DNA from: a virus
Reading direction: 5' to 3' (one strand)
Length of the DNA stretch: 52,981 nt
Virus genome (UHGV): UHGV-1367038
Shown: positions 43,952-50,791 of the stretch, piece by piece
How positions within the stretch are numbered: position 1 is the stretch's first letter
Layout of the letters: each line of letters starts with the position of its first letter
Made by a program: the position numbers and the translations under genes
Notes under the pieces: generated by a model
Told to the model about the DNA's origin: nothing
The model's input: only the letters and a program-made list of their open reading frames with translations
Databases searched by the model: none

Positions 43952-44123
43952 TTTCTTATCCTCTTTTGCTTCCTCCGGTTTATCCGGCCTTTTAAAATCC
44001 TTTTCCTGCTTCCTTAGTTTTAGGGGATTTCGCCTCCCTCGTTCCTTCGGTTAGCTGGGCTTCAAGTCTCAATCCTTTATATCCTTCGACCTTCTTTTCC
44101 CTCTCTCATCCTTCACCTTCTTT

Positions 44124-44166
44124 ATACAAAATGGAGTCGTTGAAGTGAAGCCATTTTGTATAAAAT
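44124..44166 (+). promoter_or_regulatory. Conserved inverted-repeat element TACAAAATGG-N16-CCATTTTGTA followed by TATAAAAT
   Basis: Near-identical to 47170..47217; lies between moron cassette 1 and tape measure gene. Confidence 0.5.
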
Positions 44167-44201
44167 AGAGACGTAGATCACATTTTGTATGAGGTTAAAT
44201 C

Positions 44202-46544
44202 ATGGCTACCAGTTTAGGTACAATTTATTACGAAGTTGACGCCAAAACGGGGCAACTTCTTGTCGTGCAGCGGCAAGCAGATCAAACGTTTGACACCATC
44301 GAGCGCGGCGCAAAACGTGCCGATCGCCAGGTGAATACACTTAAAACGTCAATCAAAACACTGACCAGGGCAATCCACCTGCTACTTGCTGCCGAGGCTG
44401 TGCGCCAGTTTATTGATATGGCGGAACAGGCAAAACAGTTACGCGTAAAAATCAAAATGCTGACAGGTGATGCCGAGTCTGCCGGACGGGTTTTCGATGG
44501 TCTGAAAGCAATATCCAGGGAGACAGGTCAGAGCCTGAAAGATACTGGCGAATTATGGCAAGGACTGGCTATCTCACTCAAGAACACCTCCGCCACGGAA
44601 GGGCAACTGCTTAACCTGGTTGGCACTATTCAGAAAATGGGTGCGCTAGGAGGTGCGTCAGCGGAACAAATGTCTAACTCAATGCGCCAGTTCCGCCAGG
44701 CTATCGACGGCGGCGTATTGCGTGCTGAAGAATTCAACAGCCTACTTGAAAACACTCCCACCATCGTACAGACAATGGCCCGCCAGATGGGGTTATCAAT
44801 GGGCCAGTTCCGCGCTGAAATGCTGGACGGCAAGATCACGGCTGAAAGGATGGTCAACGCAATCCAGGCGGCTACGCAGGAAACAAACGATAAGTTTGCT
44901 CAGTTGCCGCGCACATCCGGCATGGCTATCAACGAACTAAAAGTCGAAGTGATGGGCCTGGTTGAGCAACTGGACGATCTTTTCGGTGTATCAGATGGCG
45001 TGGTATCAGCTATCGACTTAATCACGAAGGTCGTTAAAGGGTTAGGTGAGGGCGCTAAATTCGCTAAAACCTGCTTCGACACACTCAAAACGGCTGGTAG
45101 CGAATTTATCGACATGTTTGATGATGTTGCTGTTAAAGCTGGTGAGGTGGCGGAGAAGATCATCGCAATGGTGACGCCAATCAAGGCGCTAATGGATGCA
45201 TATAAATGGATGAAGGAGGTAGTAGGAGAGCAAACCGACGAATATAACAGCAACTACGAGAAGAAATACGGGAAGACCGTTGGCAAGGTCATGCAACTAC
45301 AGGATGATCTGACAGCAGCAATCCAGGCTACAGAAGAAGCAAGGAAAAATGAACAGAATGCTGCCAATGACGGAGCGATTACCGGATTCGACAAGCCAGT
45401 TGATAAGCCGAAAAAGCAGAAAAAAGAGAAGAAATCGGAAGCCGATCGTCTTGGTGACAGGGGTATAAGCGTTTCTGACCAGTACAATAAAGACGCAGCA
45501 GCTATGCGCAAAGCGTTAGAGAACGGCAAGGCTATTGATGCTGCATTCGCTCAGGGGAAAATAACACTCCTTGAGTACCGCGCAGCGCAAAAGGGGATCG
45601 GCAAGGAACTGAAGGAAGAATTAGCGCAGATCCCTGCAGATGAATTACGTGATAAATGGGCGCAAATAGTAAGCCCGATGGATCAGCTTAAAGGCGAGGT
45701 TGACCCTATTCAGCAGGCGCAAAATGAATGGGCCGTCCGTAAGCAAATGTTGTTAGATCTGAACGCATCAGAGGCGCAAATCAGGGCCGAGCAACTCCAG
45801 CATGAAAGGACCATCACCAGCCTTAAATGGGAACAATGGCAGGCGCAAAGCGATACAAACGGCCTGATCGGTGATTGCGTTAACGGCCTTAAAGGCGGTA
45901 TGAGCAATGCGCTCGTCGGCCTGCTTAACGGTACTCAATCATTGAGCGATGTTTTTGCTAACTTAGGGAGCAATATACTAGGGAACATCGGTAGCAGACT
46001 TTCTGACATAGCCGCCGACTGGATAGCAGATCAAATCATGATGGAGACGCAAAGCAAGGCCACGCAAGCCAGTACAACGGCAAGCGCGGTAGCCGCTCAG
46101 GGAAGCATAGCGGCGGCGGCGGCCCCGGCGGCGGCAGCGACAGCGGCATCAACTGGCGGTAGCTGGGCGGCGGCTGGTTCTGCGGCGCTAACTGCAATCA
46201 TGTCGCTGGCAACATCCATTTTCGGCGGCAGGCGCTTTAATGGTGGTAGTGTCATTGGCGGCAATTTGTACCGTGTCGGGGAAAATAACAGAATGGAGCT
46301 ATTCCAGACGCCTAACGGCAACCAATATATGATCCCTGGCGAGAATGGCAGAATCATCCCTGGCCGTGACATTGGCGGCGGTGGCGGTATTAGTATGCCT
46401 GTCAGTATCAGCATTCAGACCACAAACGGATTTAGCGAAGAAGACAGCCGCAGACTTGAATCAACAATGGAACGTGTAGCCATGAAAATGATAACAAGGG
46501 AGTCGCAAAGACCAGGCGGTATATTGCAGCCGCGCCGCAAATAA
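44202..46544 (+). CDS. Tail tape measure protein
   Basis: 780 aa; tape-measure N-terminal domain; coiled-coil middle; Gly/Ala-rich C-terminus. Confidence 0.85.
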   Translation: MATSLGTIYYEVDAKTGQLLVVQRQADQTFDTIERGAKRADRQVNTLKTSIKTLTRAIHLLLAAEAVRQFIDMAEQAKQLRVKIKMLTGDAESAGRVFDGLKAISRETGQSLKDTGELWQGLAISLKNTSATEGQLLNLVGTIQKMGALGGASAEQMSNSMRQFRQAIDGGVLRAEEFNSLLENTPTIVQTMARQMGLSMGQFRAEMLDGKITAERMVNAIQAATQETNDKFAQLPRTSGMAINELKVEVMGLVEQLDDLFGVSDGVVSAIDLITKVVKGLGEGAKFAKTCFDTLKTAGSEFIDMFDDVAVKAGEVAEKIIAMVTPIKALMDAYKWMKEVVGEQTDEYNSNYEKKYGKTVGKVMQLQDDLTAAIQATEEARKNEQNAANDGAITGFDKPVDKPKKQKKEKKSEADRLGDRGISVSDQYNKDAAAMRKALENGKAIDAAFAQGKITLLEYRAAQKGIGKELKEELAQIPADELRDKWAQIVSPMDQLKGEVDPIQQAQNEWAVRKQMLLDLNASEAQIRAEQLQHERTITSLKWEQWQAQSDTNGLIGDCVNGLKGGMSNALVGLLNGTQSLSDVFANLGSNILGNIGSRLSDIAADWIADQIMMETQSKATQASTTASAVAAQGSIAAAAAPAAAATAASTGGSWAAAGSAALTAIMSLATSIFGGRRFNGGSVIGGNLYRVGENNRMELFQTPNGNQYMIPGENGRIIPGRDIGGGGGISMPVSISIQTTNGFSEEDSRRLESTMERVAMKMITRESQRPGGILQPRRK

Positions 46545-46548
46545 ACAA

Positions 46549-46580
46549 AACCCCGGTACAATGCCGGGGTTATCTTTTAT
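46549..46580. terminator. Bidirectional terminator after tape measure gene
   Basis: CCCCGG-tacaatg-CCGGGG then TTATCTTTTAT. Confidence 0.7.
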
Positions 46581-46753
46581 TCATTATCAAAACTTGTATA
46601 TCCTCTCTCAATTTTCCCGCCTCTTACGCTTTTGGCGAATACTGCGTCAGTGTATTTGAAAAACGGTTCTGTGTATGTATCGCCTTTCGTGTCCATCCAT
46701 TTTACGATCCAGGCCATGCGTTTGACGTTGCTTTTATTTGCAGTGACTTTCAT
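46577..46753 (-). CDS. Moron 2c: small protein (58 aa)
   Basis: GGAGG RBS; MKVTANKSNVKRMAWIVKWMDTKGDTYTEPFFKY. Confidence 0.45.
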   Translation of the reverse strand: MKVTANKSNVKRMAWIVKWMDTKGDTYTEPFFKYTDAVFAKSVRGGKIERGYTSFDNE

Positions 46754-46771
46754 TTTATTTTCCTCCGCAAA

Positions 46772-46864
46772 TTACAATCTTCCGTTTCTTGCTATGTAGC
46801 TGCGAGCAAACATCACTTGCCAGATGTTCCATATTTCACGCCAGGTGAATTTATCGTCATTCAT
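46772..46864 (-). CDS. Moron 2b: small protein (30 aa)
   Basis: GAGGTAGG RBS; MNDDKFTWREIWNIWQVMFARSYIARNGRL. Confidence 0.35.
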   Translation of the reverse strand: MNDDKFTWREIWNIWQVMFARSYIARNGRL

Positions 46865-46871
46865 ACCTACC

Positions 46872-47126
46872 TCACTTATGCGCACCTTTGACGCCGCAGT
46901 GCCTGTTATATTCAAGATGATCGATGATTAACCATACCTTGAGGTCTTCACTGAACAGCCGCCAATCAGGGTTGATGTCAAATTTGAAACCGTATCCGTC
47001 GCGTAACTTTTTGGGGTACGCTTCTTTCTTCAGAAACGCTTTGAGCAATTCCTTACCTTTCTTGATGATCCGGTCCTGTGCGTTTTTCTGTGCTTTCAGG
47101 TTTTTGTCAATCGCTACCAGTTTCAT
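46872..47126 (-). CDS. Moron 2a: basic hypothetical protein (84 aa)
   Basis: ORF with start at 47126. Confidence 0.5.
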   Translation of the reverse strand: MKLVAIDKNLKAQKNAQDRIIKKGKELLKAFLKKEAYPKKLRDGYGFKFDINPDWRLFSEDLKVWLIIDHLEYNRHCGVKGAHK

Positions 47127-47169
47127 AACATCCCCCTTTGCGTAACGTCTTTCTCATTTGCTTTCTGTA

Positions 47170-47217
47170 TACAATATGGAGTTCATAAAGTGAAGCCATT
47201 TTGAAAACTGGTTATAA
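47170..47217 (+). promoter_or_regulatory. Conserved inverted-repeat element TACAATATGG-N16-CCATTTTG followed by TATAAT
   Basis: Homolog of 44124..44166; near-CRP site TGTGA-N6-TCTCA at 47222..47237. Confidence 0.5.
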
Positions 47218-47293
47218 TTCCTGTGATGAATGTCTCATTTTTCGCGTAGAATCGCGTAAAGATATATACAAAATGTAACTTATAGGGGGTTTT

Positions 47294-47647
47294 ATGCCTG
47301 AAGTGTTCCGATGGACACCACAAAGAAGCTACAGCGTAAACAGTGAGCCTAACGTGTCTGTCATTAAACTGGGTGATGGGTATGAACAGAGGCAGACAAA
47401 AGGGATTAACCCTTTACTTGATAGCTATACGCTGGTCTTTAAGGGTACGAGCGCAGGATGCGGTGACGCCGGAAACGTAGCGCTACAGGTTGACGCATTT
47501 TTAAGAGCACGTTGCGCGGTCGAGGCGTTTTACTGGACTCCATCAACGGATGGAGTTCAAAGGCTTTTTGTATGCCGAAAGTGGAGCATGACGAAAGACG
47601 GCCCGGTATGCACGCTGAATGCAACGTTTGAACAAGTTGTCAATTAA
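47294..47647 (+). CDS. M: Minor tail protein M-like
   Basis: 117 aa; DGYEQR motif and C-terminal ATFEQVVN resemble lambda M. Confidence 0.8.
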   Translation: MPEVFRWTPQRSYSVNSEPNVSVIKLGDGYEQRQTKGINPLLDSYTLVFKGTSAGCGDAGNVALQVDAFLRARCAVEAFYWTPSTDGVQRLFVCRKWSMTKDGPVCTLNATFEQVVN

Positions 47648-47660
47648 TGGAGGTGTCAAT

Positions 47661-47846
47661 ATGTATGCTATTTGTGTAGTTGACCGCACTGGCGCTTTTA
47701 CATTGTTTGACGACTACGAGATCAACGACCTTACTGTAAAAGCTGATAATGGTGAGACCTGGTATCTTCATGACGTTGGTGACGGGTATGTTGGGTGCAG
47801 GTCGAGAGAAGGCAAGGAAGTTTTATTCTTACTTGATGGCGTATAA
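47661..47846 (+). CDS. Hypothetical protein
   Basis: GGAGG RBS; 61 aa. Confidence 0.45.
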   Translation: MYAICVVDRTGAFTLFDDYEINDLTVKADNGETWYLHDVGDGYVGCRSREGKEVLFLLDGV

Positions 47847-47852
47847 ACACGA

Positions 47853-47876
47853 CCCCGCGCGAAGCGGGGTTTTACA
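47853..47876 (+). terminator. Rho-independent terminator
   Basis: CCCCGC-gcgaa-GCGGGG then TTTTAC. Confidence 0.65.
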
Positions 47877-47947
47877 TTGTTGATAGCAGAATAAACAATA
47901 ATCCTATTATTATAATAATCACTTCTAATATGTAGTGATAACACATA

Positions 47948-48196
47948 TCATAATGTTTCCCTTAAGTATGTTAACCCCTTATCAGTGACGAATGAATGAT
48001 TAACCTGGTTTTCATCCGTCATGATGATGAATAACTTTTCCTGTAGGTATTTCGCTTTAGGGTACAGCGTTAAGCAGACCTTGTACAGTATCCCGCGCTC
48101 AATCAGCAAATCAATAAATTCGTGCTCATGATAACCGATGAGGCGGGCGGCCTGTTTCAACGTGTACACATAATCGCCGTGATTGCGCCGCCCCAT
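47948..48196 (-). CDS. Moron 3c: small protein with possible HTH
   Basis: AAGGCGG RBS; YTLKQAARLIGYHEHEFIDLLIERGILY. Confidence 0.5.
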   Translation of the reverse strand: MGRRNHGDYVYTLKQAARLIGYHEHEFIDLLIERGILYKVCLTLYPKAKYLQEKLFIIMTDENQVNHSFVTDKGLTYLRETL

Positions 48197-48205
48197 GTTG
48201 CCGCC

Positions 48206-48568
48206 TTATTTATCGAATGCGCTCAGGTTATCTATGCAGAAGTCTTTCGCGGCTTTTTCGTATTCGAGTTTTGCTTTCGGGTCGTCTGCCGGGAAACCTT
48301 TTGCGTGTATTTCGCCAGGGCAAGCCTGATCCATAGAGTTAGCAAAATTAACATTGAGGTTCACATTAATATCTTTCGGGTTCATAGCATTGTCCTCGTC
48401 TTGTTCGTCGTCTGGTATTTCTATCGGGTTAACTGTAAAGTCACATGCCCTGTTCCAGCACCGGAGTATTTCAATACCTTCGACTCGCGCCTTTTCATAC
48501 GTTTCGAATATCCCAAGATATTCCCATTCTTGCCTGTCAGTCCATACATCTAAACGCCATTTTCTCAT
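48206..48568 (-). CDS. Moron 3b: hypothetical acidic protein
   Basis: Start at 48568 or 48580; overlaps 3a by at least 32 nt. Confidence 0.45.
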   Translation of the reverse strand: MRKWRLDVWTDRQEWEYLGIFETYEKARVEGIEILRCWNRACDFTVNPIEIPDDEQDEDNAMNPKDINVNLNVNFANSMDQACPGEIHAKGFPADDPKAKLEYEKAAKDFCIDNLSAFDK

Positions 48569-48755
48569 TTCGCCCACCATTGAATTTAATAGGTTTAATC
48601 CGGTAGCCCATTACTCGATCATCTTTTTCTGATAGGTCTAAGGCCGTATCTAATGCGTCTCCAGGATTATCGAATTCAGCATCGACATCACGCCCATTAC
48701 TCATAAATAAGGTTAGTATCCATAACTTGTCATTCATTCCGCGCCATTGTTCCAT
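48537..48755 (-). CDS. Moron 3a: hypothetical protein
   Basis: AAGGAGG RBS before ATG 48755; MEQWRGMNDKLWILTLF. Confidence 0.5.
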   Translation of the reverse strand: MEQWRGMNDKLWILTLFMSNGRDVDAEFDNPGDALDTALDLSEKDDRVMGYRIKPIKFNGGRNEKMAFRCMD

Positions 48756-48831
48756 TTTGTTGACCTCCTTCCGTTTGAGTAAAATATACATATTGTAAAA
48801 ACCGAGATCAATCCATTTTGGTATGATTTAG

Positions 48832-48847
48832 CGTGACACAGATCACA
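48832..48847 (+). promoter_or_regulatory. CRP-like palindrome cGTGA-N6-TCACA about 20 bp upstream of L
   Basis: CGTGACACAGATCACA; preceded by ATCCATTTTGGTATGA block. Confidence 0.4.
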
Positions 48848-48865
48848 AAATGACAAGGTGAGAAA

Positions 48866-49570
48866 ATGCGCAGTATACCTACAGAGATGATTATTGATTC
48901 CGTCGACGCCGGAGTTGGCGCGGTCATTGACTTATTCGAACTGGATTTATCGCCCATGGGTGGCGATGTTATCCGATTCCATTCCGGCGCAAACGGCTAT
49001 TACGGTCCGGTTATCTGGAAGGGCGTAGCTTACAACAGCTACCCGATCGAGGCTACTGGCTTCGAAATGAAAAACGAAGGCGTTTATTCGCGTCCTCAAA
49101 TGGTTGTAGCCAACATCGGCGGGCTAATTACGGGGATGAATAACGATTTCAACGACCTAAGAGGAATGAAGGTGACGCGCCGCCAGGTGGAGGTTAAATA
49201 TCTGGACGCTGTTAACTTCCCTAACGGCAATCCAGATGCAGATCCATCCATTGAGGCTGTGTCGTTTTATGTCGTCGAATCAATGAGCGAAGAAACTGCG
49301 GACCAGGTGCAATACGAACTGTCAACGCCAATTGATGCTGACAAAGCCGTTATTCCTGGTCGCACCATCCTTGCTGATGTTTGCCAGTGGCAGTACAGGG
49401 GCGACGGGTGCATGTATTCTGGCGGCCCTGTAGCAACGGATAAAGATGTACCGACAAGCGATCCAACGTTAGACAAATGCAGCCACAGATTGAGTGGTTG
49501 CCGTTTGCGTTTCCCGCGTCCGGCAGCACTGCCAATCTCCTGTTTCCCTGGTTCCAGCAAGGTAGGTTAA
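48866..49570 (+). CDS. L: Minor tail protein L-like
   Basis: 234 aa; resembles lambda L (FLDAVNF.NGN..ADP ... WQYRGDGC.YSG ... DKCS..LSGC). Confidence 0.85.
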   Translation: MRSIPTEMIIDSVDAGVGAVIDLFELDLSPMGGDVIRFHSGANGYYGPVIWKGVAYNSYPIEATGFEMKNEGVYSRPQMVVANIGGLITGMNNDFNDLRGMKVTRRQVEVKYLDAVNFPNGNPDADPSIEAVSFYVVESMSEETADQVQYELSTPIDADKAVIPGRTILADVCQWQYRGDGCMYSGGPVATDKDVPTSDPTLDKCSHRLSGCRLRFPRPAALPISCFPGSSKVG

Positions 49571-49572
49571 TC

Positions 49573-50304
49573 ATGGTTATGGAAGGCAAAATGTCGCGTT
49601 ATGCCGCCGCGCATCCGTTTGAGGAAGTATGCGGTCTTGTAATAGATAACGAGTATTTTTACCCGTGCGCTAACGTGTCTGAAACGCCTCACAACAGCTT
49701 TAAAATTTCGCCAGACGATTACATCAAAGCGGACGAATTGGGTGTTATAACCGCCGTTTTCCACTCCCACGTTGATGATATTCCGGTATTGTCTGCGCGG
49801 GATAGACAACAGCAGGTTATTTCCGGTCTGCCGTGGTTTTTATACTCCGGCGGCAAGATCAGAAAATTCCGTCCGGTGGCGCACCTGTTAGGCCGTAAAT
49901 TTGTACACGGAACGACAGATTGTTATGCGCTTCTCCGCGACGCCTATCACCTTTGCGGCGTGGACCTGCCGGACTTCGAGCGCTTTGATGGATGGTGGCT
50001 TCGTGGCGAAAACCTGTATTTAAAAAACTTGCCATTGAACGGGTTTCATCAGGTTGATGCGCAAAGCATACAGCAAGGTGACGTAATCATCAGGCAACCG
50101 TTTAAAGGTGCTGATCCGTGTCACGCGATGATTTACCTGGGTGATAACACGGTTTTGCATCATGACCATGCCGGACTGTTAAGTCGCCGCGAGCAAATGC
50201 GGCCCGCGTATGTTCGACAGACTCATTCAATATGGAGATCTGATAAATGCTCAAATTTAGATTTACGGGCAATCTTCGAAGATATTACAGCAAAGTGTGT
50301 TTAA
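49573..50304 (+). CDS. K: Tail tip assembly protein K-like (MPN/JAB plus NlpC/P60 domains)
   Basis: JAMM-like HSHVDDIPVLSARD; NlpC/P60 Cys (DCYALL) and His (HAMIYLGDNTVLHH). Confidence 0.8.
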   Translation: MVMEGKMSRYAAAHPFEEVCGLVIDNEYFYPCANVSETPHNSFKISPDDYIKADELGVITAVFHSHVDDIPVLSARDRQQQVISGLPWFLYSGGKIRKFRPVAHLLGRKFVHGTTDCYALLRDAYHLCGVDLPDFERFDGWWLRGENLYLKNLPLNGFHQVDAQSIQQGDVIIRQPFKGADPCHAMIYLGDNTVLHHDHAGLLSRREQMRPAYVRQTHSIWRSDKCSNLDLRAIFEDITAKCV

Positions 50305-50777
50305 ACGTTGAAACGCCAGCGCAAGGACTTCGCTTATTGACAGCGCAGAATCAGGAATTCAAGAAGGCGTTTTTAAATACACCTTTGCGTTTACGGATTG
50401 CCGGGAAAGATTACGACGAAAAGACCGCGCCAGCGGCTGTTAACAGCAAATATCCAGATGGAACTACGGTAATCATCGCGCCAATAGTGGAAGGTGGTAT
50501 TGCAGGGATTGGCGTGGTCGGCTGGATTATGATCGGAATATCAGTTGTTAGTGTCGCATTTTCTATTTTCATGTCTCGCAACATGAAGGTGAAAACATCA
50601 TCAGAAAGTGCACAGGACAATACAATCACAAATAACACCTATACCAGCGTAGAAAACAAGGTAGGCCAGGGTAGACCAGTGCCGATTCTCCTTGGCGAAA
50701 TGAAAGTAGGTTCAAACGTCGGATCGTTAGGCATAGACACAACCAACAATAAAGACGCCTTAGACGTTGTAAGTTAA
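50247..50777 (+). CDS. I: Tail assembly protein I-like
   Basis: N-terminal ubiquitin-like region; hydrophobic Gly-rich segment; QGRPVPILLGEMKVGSNV resembles lambda I. Confidence 0.7.
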   Translation: MLKFRFTGNLRRYYSKVCLNVETPAQGLRLLTAQNQEFKKAFLNTPLRLRIAGKDYDEKTAPAAVNSKYPDGTTVIIAPIVEGGIAGIGVVGWIMIGISVVSVAFSIFMSRNMKVKTSSESAQDNTITNNTYTSVENKVGQGRPVPILLGEMKVGSNVGSLGIDTTNNKDALDVVS

Positions 50778-50791
50778 CAGGAGAAATAACC

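Noticed and set aside
44630-46414. Multiple ORFs inside the tape measure gene on either strand
   Set aside because: The tape measure ORF is continuous and characteristic; the overlapping frames have biased, low-complexity translations.
47165-47185. LexA (SOS) box at CTGTATACAATATGGAG
   Set aside because: Has the CTGT half-site but no ACAG partner at the correct 8-bp spacing; better explained as part of the conserved inverted-repeat element.
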